64,000 nucleotides of DNA from Eledone cirrhosa (GCA_964016885.1 OZ024742.1:42222001-42286000), one strand, 5' to 3'; shown: positions 41,200 through 54,939, numbered from the stretch's first letter. A program made the numbers and translations. The notes: generated from the sequence alone by a model not told the origin.

Positions 41200-42025
41200 T
41201 AAAAATTAAAAAAATATATTTGTCAACATAACCGGCATCATAATATTACAAAGAAAAAAGGGAAATGAAAAAAACCCCCACTCAATCAGGTAATACACAC
41301 ATACATCAAAAGACAGGCGAAAGGGGTCGACAAACGAACCGCTGCCATAACAAAATATAACGATATCGCGAGGAGCACTGAAAAACCTCTCTAATAATTC
41401 TGCGTTACCTCGGGTGATGGCGAGGTTGATGCGCTGGAACAACTAAGCGCCCTCATGCGCATCACCAATTAGCTCGGTTAGGTGAGCCGCCAGTAAAGAC
41501 AAGAACCTCGAAGTCAGGGGCCCGACTTTCTCAAACATCACAGGCTGGAAAATGTAATTAGCCGACAGATCACGGTATTTCAGCATTTTGTTCCGTTCGG
41601 CTACGAAGCTGTAACTCTCGCCCTAACCGCAGCATCCAGGATGAGGGAAGAAGCAAAAGAGTCACTAACTGTGACGTCCCAGATAAGACACCTGTCTCTT
41701 ATCCAGGGACACAGGATAAGACCGTCAGGCCGTTTCCCATCAATTCTGGACAACCCAGACAGTTCCAAGATTGAGGGAATGTTTCTCGGGCCAAAGCTCT
41801 TTTGATTATGAGGTTTAGCTCAGTGTGACACGCGAAGCGACTGGCATTCAGGCGGCATGATAAACCGTGAAGGCCTGTATAGTCGAGGAGCATACCACAC
41901 TGACATTTCAGACCCATATAGATGTCAGCTCCCATTCTAAGAGCAATAGAGACACAAGGCTTGTCCAAACTGAGTAGGCCACCGATGTTAACCACGGGTA
42001 GGGCATCAACCCAGTCACCTGATGA
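41200..42025 (-). mobile_element. Second CRE-clade RLE fragment (diverged)
   Basis: ORFs 41699-42118 and 41206-41442 (GDWVDALP...CQCG...HGLSC; FQRINLAITRGNA) are colinear with 37765-38655. Confidence 0.83.
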
Positions 42026-43121
42026 AAGTGAATCAAACATACAAGTCTTCTCGTAGTCTGAGGCAACATTCTTTCTTTCCTGAGGCTCGTATCCAACTGT
42101 TTCGCCCTGTTGAACCAATTTGATGGTGGATAGTAATTAACAGCAAACATAAATAAATGACTCGCAACATATTTTCACAAATAAATCTTCTAATTAATAA
42201 GCCCTAGATTTTCAAGAAAACCAACCTCTCATCTTCATTCCCTCATTTTATTGTTTGTATTTATATACCTAAAGCGAAACGTCCCTAATTTTTATCCCAA
42301 CATTATCAATCTAACCATAACTCTAACATCGAAGAAGAAACTTTTAAAATTATTTTTTCCTAACGGTTTTTATAATAAAATATCTACCATTTTATTTGCT
42401 TACGTCGCTATGGCATCTGAGTAAGTTAAGCATTTTACAATTTTATTTTTCTTCACATTCTCTTACTTCATTTCAAACCACGAGATGACGTAAGAATTCT
42501 CTATAATATAATTGTGGTCAGTTATAAAATCACATTAAAGTAATTTGATTTGATCTCTTTATTAATGAATAGCATTAATTCATGATGAAGCTGCGAAGAC
42601 ATTCCAAGATATATTTCGCTGTTTCATCATCACACAAACTAGACTTGTGCTTAGTTAAAATAAATCAATATGGGGTAGATTGGCAGAATCAATAAATTAT
42701 CGGACAAAATGCCTTGAGATATTTAGTTACAGCCCTTGACAGTAAAGGCACACGGCCTAGTAGTTAGGGTGTTGGGTTTACAATCGCAGTATAGTGGATT
42801 CGATTCCTGAACCGTGTGTCGCGTTGCGTTCTTGAATAATATACTTCATTTCATGTCTTTCCACTCAACTCAGCTGAAAATTAGTACCAGTAGTACCTGG
42901 GGGTTAACCCTGGTTAAACTGGCGCCGTGTCCAAAGGGGTTTCTTGTACTTTTAATCGTTTAACGCCAATGAAACCTGGATAAGTTCCGGCCTGATGAGC
43001 CTCTTGGCTTGGAACAGACGCCTTTTTTTAACTTTACATTCAGAATTCAAATCCCGCCGAGTTCAATTTTACTTCTCATCTTTTCGTAGTCGATAAAATA
43101 AAGGACCAGTCAGGTATTGGT

Positions 43122-43187
<66 letters not shown>

Positions 43188-44162
43188 AGGAGGTGAGTTT
43201 TATTGTAGCACAATAAAGCAATGCAAATATCGGATAAGTACCACTCTACAGTTTGTAGGACTGGAGTATAAATAATATAAGATCAAAAATATTAACTATA
43301 ACATCTCTTGGAGAAAAGTTTGTTCTGCCTCTCCCTACTTGAATGTCTCCCTATCCAGAACATGTAATCTTTGCCTAGCTGAGAAATTTACCATTATATC
43401 TAATTTGAATTCCATAATAAATAGACGCACTGATTTATTTTCTCTCTGCTTGCATAAATTCCACAGAACATTCCATAAAGTATACAGCTAATATCTAATA
43501 CCTTACTAGTTTAAAATCCTTTTTCTCAAAGGCTTATATATCTTTAAAAAATATACCCTTGTTTCAATATTATTTATTATATATTATATAATACAAGTTG
43601 CTCATTCTATATCATTCCTCTTTATCACTTTCCTCTCTTCCTCTTTTCTTTTTAATTTCTAACCTCTAATCTGTACTTTTTCTTCCTAACTACTTCTCAA
43701 TTCTTACTATTACTCACCACAACATTATCCATTCTTCCATCTTTCCTCATATCATTGGCCATAAAAATTATTATTATTGTTTTAATACATTATAGTATTA
43801 CCTTTAATAGTCCTTCGTAAACATAAACATTTTTTTTTTACGTTAGATTTTTCTTCCTTAAGTTCCTTATCTCATCCTTTCATGCTCGTTTGACTTTTGC
43901 ATATTACAATACATAAAAACAAACTTAAACCCTAATTTCTTTTAATATATTATATTACCATTAGAAAATATTTCGTAAACATATATATTTTTTGATGTTA
44001 GATATTTTCTTCCTTAAACATTCTTTTCTTCTTTGCTTTCTGCGCTCATTTTTAAACAAACTATTTATGTACACATATTACATTACATAAAAACAAACTT
44101 AAACACTAACTAATTCCTCTAAATTCATAACTCATTCATTCTTCTACTTCTTTTCATATAAT

Positions 44163-44194
<32 letters not shown>

Positions 44195-44196
44195 AT

Positions 44197-44262
<66 letters not shown>

Positions 44263-44830
44263 CCTTAATAACATTAATATTTTTATTTTAATAATACATA
44301 TTAATAATTTCTTTTCCTCGCACATATTATTAAACCCTTCAATATACAAACCTTAATTTAATATTATTCTTAATCCCTTTTTCTCTTCATGCATAAACCT
44401 CATTAAATTTTAATTTCAAATTCTTTTAAATTATCTATTATCTTCCAATGGCTTTTTAACTTCTCTCTGTGAGACAATATATTTTTTTTCTCAGGTGTAA
44501 AGGCTATCTCTCCCCCTCTCTCTATCACCCATCTCTCCTCCTCTCACCCTTCCTTCTTATTATACTCCTCCCCCACCATTCTTTACTCTCATCCTTACAT
44601 TTTCCACCCCCCCCCTCACTTTTTCCCAATCTCATAGATCAATCTTAAATTATTTTTCATGTGTTGATTTAAAACTTCACTATTCACAAGTGTTTTTTAA
44701 GCTTCATATCATGTATCCCTATTTTATCTGATGAAAACGCAGATATCATCCCATGATGATATTTGTTTTTGAAATGCGCATAATAAAATACTTGGAACAC
44801 TTTTAACCATCTTTTGATCTTATATTATAT
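43188..44830 (+). mobile_element. Penelope-like element remnant (endonuclease C-terminus, long AT-rich tail, hammerhead)
   Basis: About 43290-43465 reads YNISW.KV.SASPY.....CNLCLAEK..I...NRRTDLFSLCLHK, the typical Penelope GIY-YIG C-terminus. An inverted terminal piece sits at the 5' end (43188-43288) and a hammerhead at 44721-44790. Confidence 0.75.
44721..44790 (+). ncRNA. Minimal type I hammerhead ribozyme
   Basis: ATTTTAT-CTGATGA-stem II-GAAA-TGCGCAT-A-ATAAAAT; palindromic stem III. Confidence 0.75.
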
Positions 44831-44885
44831 ATATATGTATATATATATTATATATATAATAGATATATATATATATAATAGATAT

Positions 44886-44930
<45 letters not shown>

Positions 44931-45141
44931 ATAGATATATATATATATAATAGATATATATATATATAATAGATATATATATATAATAGATATATATATA
45001 TATAATATATATATATATATATTATATATATAATATATATAATATATATATATAATATATATATATAATATATATATATAATATATATATATAATATATA
45101 TATTATATATATAATATATATATATAATATATATATATAAT

Positions 45142-45173
<32 letters not shown>

Positions 45174-45262
45174 ATATATATATATATAATATATATATAT
45201 AATATATATATTATATATATAATATATATATATAATATATATATATAATATATATATATAAT

Positions 45263-45294
<32 letters not shown>

Positions 45295-45362
45295 ATATAT
45301 AATATATATATTATATATATAATATATATATATAATATATATATATAATATATATATATAAT

Positions 45363-45394
<32 letters not shown>

Positions 45395-45398
45395 ATAT

Positions 45399-45457
<59 letters not shown>

Positions 45458-45486
45458 TATATAATATATATATATAATATATATAT

Positions 45487-45536
<50 letters not shown>

Positions 45537-45698
45537 TATATAATATATATATATAATATATATATATAATATATATATAATATATATATAATATATATAT
45601 ATAATATATATATATAATATATATATAATATATATATAATATATATATATATAATATATATATAATATATATATAATATATATATATATAATATATAT

Positions 45699-45759
<61 letters not shown>

Positions 45760-46574
45760 ACATATATATAATATATATAATATATATAATATATATATAT
45801 ATATAATATATATAATATATATATATATATAATATATATATATATAATATATATATATATAATATATACTTACGGGGTCGATAAAATAAAGTACCAGTAA
45901 TGCACTGGGTAATTGCTGGCCTTGTGCCTAAAGTAGAAACAATTATATATATATATATATTATATATTATATATATTATATATATATATATTATATATAT
46001 TATATAAATATATATTATATATATATTATATATATATATATATTATATATATATTATATATATATATATTATATATATATTATATTATATATATATTATA
46101 TATATATTATATATATATATATATTATATATATATATATATATTATATATATTATATATATATTATATATATTATATATATATTATATATATATTATATA
46201 TATTATATATATATTATATATATATTATATATATATATATATTATATATATATTATATATATATATTATATATATTATATATATATTATATATATATTAT
46301 ATATATATATATTATATATATATTATATATATATATATATTATATATATATTATATATATATTATATATATATATATATTATATATATATTATATATATA
46401 TTATATATATATTATATATATATTATATATATATATATATTATATATATATTATATATATATATATATTATATATATATATATATTATATATGTATTATA
46501 TATATATATTATATATATATATATTATATATGTATTATATATATATTATATATGTATTATATATATATATATAT

Positions 46575-46607
<33 letters not shown>

Positions 46608-46668
46608 ATATATATATTATATTATATATATTATATATATATTATATATATATATATATATTATATAT

Positions 46669-46702
<34 letters not shown>

Positions 46703-46717
46703 ATATTATATATATTA

Positions 46718-46762
<45 letters not shown>

Positions 46763-46799
46763 ATATTATATATATATATATTATATATATATTATATAT

Positions 46800-46865
<66 letters not shown>

Positions 46866-46872
46866 TATATAT

Positions 46873-46903
<31 letters not shown>

Positions 46904-46919
46904 ATATATATTATATATA

Positions 46920-46968
<49 letters not shown>

Positions 46969-47017
46969 ATATATATTATATATATATATTATATATATAT
47001 ATATTATATATATATAT

Positions 47018-47048
<31 letters not shown>

Positions 47049-47178
47049 ATATATATGTTATATATATATTATATATATATTATACATATATTATATATAT
47101 ATATTATACATATATTATATATATATTATATATATATATATATTATATATATATATATTATATATATTATATATATTA

Positions 47179-47231
<53 letters not shown>

Positions 47232-47254
47232 ATATATATTATATATATATATAT

Positions 47255-47288
<34 letters not shown>

Positions 47289-47297
47289 ATATATATA

Positions 47298-47342
<45 letters not shown>

Positions 47343-47346
47343 ATAT

Positions 47347-47377
<31 letters not shown>

Positions 47378-47388
47378 ATATTATATAT

Positions 47389-47422
<34 letters not shown>

Positions 47423-47839
47423 ATATATTATATATATATATTATATATATATATATATTATATATATATATATATTATATATATATATATATTATATATA
47501 TATATATTATATATATATATAATATATATATATATATTATATATATATATTATATATATATTATATATATATATTATATATATATATATATTATATATAT
47601 ATATATATTATATATATATATATATTATATATATATATATATTATATATATATATATATTATATATATATATTATATATATATATATATTATATATATAT
47701 ATTATATATATTATATATATTATATATATATTATATATATATATATATTATATATTATATATATTATATATATTATATATATTATATATATATTATATAT
47801 ATATATTATATATATTATATATATATTATATATATATAT

Positions 47840-47917
<78 letters not shown>

Positions 47918-48512
47918 TATATATTATATATATTATATATATATATTTATATATATATTATATATATATATTATATATATATATATTTATATATATATTA
48001 TATATATATATATATTATATATATATATTATATATATATATATTATATATATATATTATATATATTATATATATATATATTATATACATATATTATATAT
48101 ATATATATATTATATATATTATATATATATATATTATATATATTATATATATATATATTATATATATATATATTATATATATTATATATATATATATATT
48201 ATATATATTATATATATATATATTATATATTATATATATTATATATATATATATTATATATATATATATTATATATATATATATTATATATATATTATAT
48301 ATATATATAATATATATATATATAATATATATATATATATAATATATATATATATATTATATATATATATAATATATATATATATAATATATATATAATA
48401 TATATATATATAATATATATATATAATATATATATATATTATATATATATATATTATATATATATATATTATATAATATATATATATTATATATATATAT
48501 ATATATTATATA
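44822..48512. repeat. About 3.7-kb degenerate (AT)n tract
   Basis: Almost pure A/T; interrupted by a SINE fragment at 45868-45945. A further tract lies at 50190-50708. Confidence 0.95.
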
Positions 48513-48850
48513 CATTTAGAAACACACAGATACATGCGGACACACACATATATACATGAATGCATCCGCACCCAACTGTGAGTTAAGGGTGCCAACTTCA
48601 CTGATGTTGCTCAATGAACAACTGGGGACAACTGGAAAGCTTCCATTACTCATACTTCTCGCCTTCTTCACTACCTCTTCTACGGCCTCGATATGAATAC
48701 CCCCTCCGCCTCCGTGGTATTTTTTTCGTGGTTATAAGAGGCTTAGCTCTGTTTCTCGACCGTTATATCGCGTGACTATCTCCCCCTCCGCCTTTTGGGA
48801 TTCTTTCTCACGTCGTGTAGACGCGTTCTTGAGACTAGTAAAATGAGGTA

Positions 48851-48938
48851 TCCTCTTGATAAGTCGGCAGACCTCGCAAGGACTCTATATCTTTGATATA
48901 TTGTTTTTGTTTATGCCACGAAACTACGTAGTCGAGGA
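48851..48938 (+). ncRNA. Type I hammerhead ribozyme, U3-A8 variant (array copy 1)
   Basis: Stem I TCCTC/GAGGA; core TTGATAA; long stem II; GAAA; palindromic stem III CTACGTAG; GTC cleavage triplet. Confidence 0.75.
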
Positions 48939-49441
48939 ATTTAGGAACAGTTTAGGTATGATACATTTTATTACTAATTATATCTAAATGTTTCTTCTCT
49001 CTTCATAATGTATTTTTAACTCTGATACTGGTTCAGTCTGGTTCAAACTGAATTGGTCTGTCCCAGTCATTCATTGAGCAACATCGGTGAAGTTGGCACC
49101 CTTAACTCACAGTCGGGTGCGGATGCATTCATGTATATATGTGTGTGTCCGCATGTATCTGTGTGTTTCTAAATGTATTAATAACTCCCTCTGGTCGAGC
49201 AATCTTTGAAGTGTGGGGACAACTGGAAAGCTTCCATTACTCATACTTCTCGCCTTCTTCACTACCTCTTCTACGGCCTCGATATGAATACCCCCTCCGC
49301 CTCCGTGGTATTTTTTTCGTGGTTATAAGAGGCTTAGCTCTGTTTCTCGACCGTTATATCGCGTGACTATCTCCCCCTCCGCCTTTTGGGATTCTTTCTC
49401 ACGTCGTGTAGACGCGTTCTTGAGACTAGTAAAATGAGGTA

Positions 49442-49529
49442 TCCTCTTGATAAGTCGGCAGACCTCGCAAGGACTCTATATCTTTGATATATTGTTTTTG
49501 TTTATGCCACGAAACTACGTAGTCGAGGA
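49442..49529 (+). ncRNA. Type I hammerhead ribozyme (array copy 2)
   Basis: Same sequence as 48851-48938. Confidence 0.75.
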
Positions 49530-50032
49530 ATTTAGGAACAGTTTAGGTATGATACATTTTATTACTAATTATATCTAAATGTTTCTTCTCTCTTCATAAT
49601 GTATTTTTAACTCTGATACTGGTTCAGTCTGGTTCAAACTGAATTGGTCTGTCCCAGTCATTCATTGAGCAACATCGGTGAAGTTGGCACCCTTAACTCA
49701 CAGTTGGGTGCGGATGCATTCATGTATATATGTGTGTGTCCGCATGTATCTGTGTGTTTCTAAATGTATTAATAACTCCCTCTGGTCGAGCAATCTTTGA
49801 AGTGTGGGGACAACTGGAAAGCTTCCATTACTCATACTTCTCGCCTTCTTCACTACCTCTTCTACGGCCTCGATATGAATACCCCCTCCGCCTCCGTGGT
49901 ATTTTTTTCGTGGTTATAAGAGGCTTAGCTCTGTTTCTCGACCGTTATATCGCGTGACTATCTCCCCCTCCGCCTTTTGGGATTCTTTCTCACGTCGTGT
50001 AGACGCGTTCTTGAGACTAGTAAAATGAGGTA

Positions 50033-50120
50033 TCCTCTTGATAAGTCGGCAGACCTCGCAAGGACTCTATATCTTTGATATATTGTTTTTGTTTATGCCA
50101 CGAAACTACGTAGTCGAGGA
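50033..50120 (+). ncRNA. Type I hammerhead ribozyme (array copy 3)
   Basis: Same sequence as 48851-48938. Confidence 0.75.
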
Positions 50121-50300
50121 ATTTAGGAACAGTTTAGGTATGATACATTTTATTACTAATTATATCTAAATGTTTCTTCTCTCTTCATAATGTATATATA
50201 TTATATATATATATATTATATATATATATATATTATATATATATATATATATTATATATATATATTATAATATATATATATATATATTATATATATATAT

Positions 50301-50347
<47 letters not shown>

Positions 50348-50397
50348 ATATTATATATATATATATATATTATATATATATATATTATATTAATATA

Positions 50398-50444
<47 letters not shown>

Positions 50445-50467
50445 ATATATTATATATATATATATAT

Positions 50468-50577
<110 letters not shown>

Positions 50578-50589
50578 ATAGATATATAT

Positions 50590-50623
<34 letters not shown>

Positions 50624-50631
50624 ATATATTA

Positions 50632-50704
<73 letters not shown>

Positions 50705-50809
50705 ATAAGTAAGATGTATGGTAGGTCGTATGTGAATTGCGATGATCACGTCTGACCTACCAAATATGTGACGGTAGCTAGTTAAGCTCTATGCGTATAC
50801 GCAGAGCAG

Positions 50810-51149
50810 AAATATTAGTGAAAAAGAACAAAGGAACAATTATGACATTATAACAAGTTTATTGCCGACAGCCGTTTCGTCCGACCCCATGGTGGGACTT
50901 TTCAAGGCATATAACATGTGACTGTAAGATCATTATCTACATCAACGTATCACTCAAGGCTAGCAGTTTGAAATTGTGGTATACATCAGCACAATTTCAA
51001 ACTGCTAGCCTTGAGTGATACGTTGATATAAACAATGATCTTGCAATCACATGTTATATGCCTTGAAAAGTCCCACCATGTGGTCGGACGAAACGGCTGT
51101 CGGCAATAAACTTGTTATAATGTCATAATTGTTCCTTTGTTCTTTTTCA

Positions 51150-51158
<9 letters not shown>
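50810..51158. repeat. Near-perfect palindrome (about 170-bp arms) between (AT)n tracts
   Basis: Arms are reverse complements centred near 50985. Confidence 0.9.
51059..51105 (+). ncRNA. Hammerhead ribozyme, U3-A8 variant (inverted twin at about 50862-50909)
   Basis: TGCC-TTGAAAA-GTCC...GGAC-GAAA-CGGCTG-TC-GGCA. Confidence 0.68.
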
Positions 51159-51188
<30 letters not shown>

Positions 51189-51218
51189 TATATATATATT
51201 ATATATATATTATATATA

Positions 51219-51360
<142 letters not shown>

Positions 51361-51420
51361 CAATATATACATAATATATAAATATATACATAATATATAT
51401 ATATATAAATATATATATAT

Positions 51421-52318
51421 CATCATCATCATCATCACCGTTTTACGTCCGTTCTTCCACGCTAGCATGGGTTAGACGGGTTGTCCTGTTGTGGGCAGTG
51501 TCTGGTCGGCTGACCATGCCTTGCTCATACAGGAACTGATCTGGCTTGATTTCTACAGCTGGATGCCCTTCCTAACACCAACCTCATTTACAGTGAGTGC
51601 TGGGTGCTTTTTCGTGGCGCCTACACGTCCACTTTACAGTGTGGGCTGGGTGCTTTTTTGCCGTGGCACCTCCACGACCACCTTGCGGTGGGGGGGGGGG
51701 GCATATTGTTTATATGCTTCAGCATGTACCCATGGGAGGTCGGGTACCCTGTATTACTGCGTGACGCCAGAAGTCACGGTCGTGTGTCATTGACTTTGAG
51801 AGGTGTAGTTGGGTAAGGTCGGCTTTTATCACCTCATCCCAAGTCATCTTGGGTCTCCCCACTCCGCGGTTTCCATCAACTTCTAGTGCTCTGCACCTTT
51901 TTATGCAGCTGTCATCCTTCATACGCATCACATGTCCATACCAGCGTAACCGCCTCTCCTGCACGCAGCATTTGATTCCTCTTATGCTCAGTCTCTCTCT
52001 CAATTCATTTATGCTTTGTCGTTCACGTATATTACTGTTACACATCCATCGGAGCATGCAGGCTTCGTTTCTCTCTAATCTACGTAAGTCTTCCACCTTC
52101 AGCGCCCAGGTCTCACTACCATGCAACATCGCTGTTCGGATACACGCATCATACAGTCTGCCTTTCATTCTGAGGGAGAAGCCTTTTGCAGCTAGCAGTG
52201 GTAGTAGTTCCCTAAACTTCTTCCATCCCGTTCTTACCCTAGTTATTGTACTTTCTGAGCACCCACCTCCGTTGCTAATTCGGTCACCTAGGTAGCAGAA
52301 GCTGTCTACTGTTTCTAC
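51421..52318 (-). mobile_element. RTE LINE 3' part, cut by the assembly gap
   Basis: ORF 51719-52168 (MLHGSETWAL...RRLRWYGHVMR...GRPK.TW); 3' UTR and (GAT)n tail. Confidence 0.92.
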
Positions 52319-52518
52319 NNNNNNNNNNNNNNNNNNNNNNNNNNNNNNNNNNNNNNNNNNNNNNNNNNNNNNNNNNNNNNNNNNNNNNNNNNNNNNNNNN
52401 NNNNNNNNNNNNNNNNNNNNNNNNNNNNNNNNNNNNNNNNNNNNNNNNNNNNNNNNNNNNNNNNNNNNNNNNNNNNNNNNNNNNNNNNNNNNNNNNNNNN
52501 NNNNNNNNNNNNNNNNNN
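52319..52518. other. Assembly gap (200 N)
   Basis: Run of N. Confidence 1.
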
Positions 52519-53156
52519 GCTAAATACGCACATGGAATTCAGCAAGGGAGATAACCTCTATATCCGCGAAAAATATTCGGGAAAATGTGGAAATACACAT
52601 ATCGAATAAGAGTGCTCAATAGACATGTGAAAATAAACAGGAGCTATTCATCATTTAATAGAATCGACAAAAAATGAACAATAAAATTAACTGGTCAATA
52701 GCTAGGTCTAGAGCTAAATATAGTAGAATAATCGAGTATCGAAAAATCGGCGCACGAGTTCACGATAAACAAAATTCGATATGAGCGGCAGAGGGTTCAA
52801 TAATTTAGATAAATCAGAGCTATAACTATCGTTAAAATACCGTCACACATAGAACAAGTCTATAATCAACCATACAACCGAAAAATTGCGATCTGGAAGA
52901 TTCGGGACACTCAGATAAAAAATCAATAAATCAATAAATCAAATGAATGTAAAAAGCATACCCGGACCCGCTAGAAAGATGGTAAATCTAGCTTCTTGGG
53001 TTTCTGTAAATCCTTAAACTGTCCTCTATCAGCTCACATAAAAATATATAAGACTTATATATATTAAAGAGTTAAGTAAGATTCAATGAGTATATCAAAG
53101 AATGAGTTTTACAGTAGATTGGAAGCACTCTACGAAAAAATAATTTTCCAGAGTTA

Positions 53157-54168
53157 TCTATATATATAAAACTGTGGTTGTCTGTCTATCTATCGATTTT
53201 TGGCACACATCTCCTCTTAGAATCTCTCACAGAATTGCACCGAAATTGCTATACTTGTACATTGAGCCCTAGCGAAGACATCGGAAAAAAAATATTTCAA
53301 ATTGACCCACCCTATGTGACGAAATCGAATATAATGTATCGATTTTTGAGCGTAAGTTATCAGTTATTTCCCTTTGTTCTGTTTACATTGAGCGTCTTAC
53401 GTAAAAAATTACGCTGGCTTTCTCAGCGTTTAAAATGACATTAACACAATACACGAACAGTTGTCGAGCCGGCAAAATATTGACCTGCAAAATTCATCAG
53501 TTCGAACACTAAACTTCCGTTTTGCTTCATTTCCATTTAAAAGCATTTTAAAACAATATTTTTACTTGAAAACAAGTCTATTTAAAGACTACGTAAAACA
53601 AGCAAATATTTCGTCGTTAGGCGTGCAGACAGACAGTCGTGCAGACAGACAGTCGTGCAGACAGACAGTCGTGCAGACAGACAGTCGTGCAGACAGACAG
53701 TCGTGCAGAGAGGTGATATACGCGTGCAGACAGATAGTCGTGCAGAGAGGTGATATAGGCGTGCAGACAGATAGTCGTGCAGAGAGGTGATATAGGCGTG
53801 CAGACAGACAGTCGTGCAGAGAGGTGATATAGGCGTGCAGACAGACAGTCGTGCAGACAGACATAACTGATAATTTGGTTACGCTAATGTTTTTCTCTGC
53901 GTTGCAGTGTTTACATTTTCGATCTTTGTTAATAAATAACCAGTGCAGTTTCTATCCCCAGCATCCTCTTTTGTTATAACATTCGGGTTATCGTTATGTT
54001 TTCTTAACTTCATAAGGCATATTGTTGGTTGAGGGAATATTAATCAAAAACACCACATGCAAGTCTGCACAGTAGACACTACAGTTTTTAAGCCAAGAAA
54101 GAAACTTAACATTGTAACTTTAACACAGCTACTGAGCGACCCCGAGCAACGCCGGGCTTTACTGCTAG
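53157..54168 (+). mobile_element. Non-autonomous Helitron with internal minisatellite
   Basis: A|TCTATATAT... 5' end; CCCGAGCAACGCCGGG hairpin then CTAG|T. Confidence 0.8.
53622..53862. repeat. Minisatellite (16-bp CGTGCAGACAGACAGT alternating with a 22-bp variant)
   Basis: Direct tandem units visible. Confidence 0.9.
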
Positions 54169-54348
54169 TTAATATTAAAATACACTTGATTAAATCTTAA
54201 CCATTTAACATCTCAGGGTATGTCATGTATCATTATATTTTGTCTGATGATCAAATCCCACCGAGGTTGACTTTGCCTTTCATCCTTACGGGGTCGATAA
54301 AATAAAGTACTGGGAAATTGCTGGCCTTGTGCCTAAAGTAGAAACAAT

Positions 54349-54407
54349 TATATTTTGTCTGATGAGGACGTACTGTTGTACATCCGAAATATGTATAATA
54401 AAATGTA
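54349..54407 (+). ncRNA. Minimal hammerhead ribozyme
   Basis: TATATTTTGT-CTGATGA-GGAcGTAC...GTACaTCC-GAAA-TATGTATA-ATAAAATGTA. Confidence 0.62.
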
Positions 54408-54444
54408 ATTGATCAAAAGAACATCTATTTTATTAATATTTGTA

Positions 54445-54501
<57 letters not shown>

Positions 54502-54939
54502 CCATTCACATTTAGGGTGTATTGCAGATAGATATATATATATATATATGCAATACACCCTAAATGTGAATGGAAATATATTAGAAGACTAATATGAATT
54601 TATGATATGTATAAGTTTAGGGACATAATAAAACCTAGTTAATATTTAAAGGCACTGATATTCGTAATTAGCATTTCATAAGTAAACTTTAGTTCCATTG
54701 TTATTTTTTTACCCTAGGTCAGAGTAGACTGAGCAGACCTATGATCAAAATTATTGTAGCTTTGAGCCTCCCATCTTTCGTTTTTTCAGTTTAGTTTATC
54801 TAGGACTATATTATTTGATATTTTGGATTTTTTAAACAAAGTACGGTTTCGGGAAGATTGACTGCTATTTTTAGCATGTCGAGTGATTACCTAGAGGCTA
54901 CCTTGTTAACGCGCTTAATTCAATTTGTCTGCAGGAGGT

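Larger units (their letters stand above)
48510..50193 (+). repeat. 591-bp tandem array (about 2.6 units) with an inverted 5' piece; retrozyme/Penelope-terminal-repeat-like
   Basis: Identical ORFs at 49139 and 49730 give the 591-bp period; 48510-48620 is the reverse complement of about 49068-49178; one hammerhead per unit. Confidence 0.9.

Noticed and set aside
42985-43020. CTGATGA motif here and at about 60600
   Set aside because: Part of a SINE 3' block (GGCCTGATGAGCC); no properly placed GAAA or stems I/III.
45311-48342. Long Y/I-rich ORFs (150-596 aa) and similar ones near 22707, 28986 and 51129
   Set aside because: Translations of (AT)n microsatellites.
48625-50193. Duplicated 75-aa ORFs (49139, 49730) as genes, or the array as CRISPR
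   Set aside because: No recognisable protein; units are identical with no unique spacers, in a eukaryotic context.
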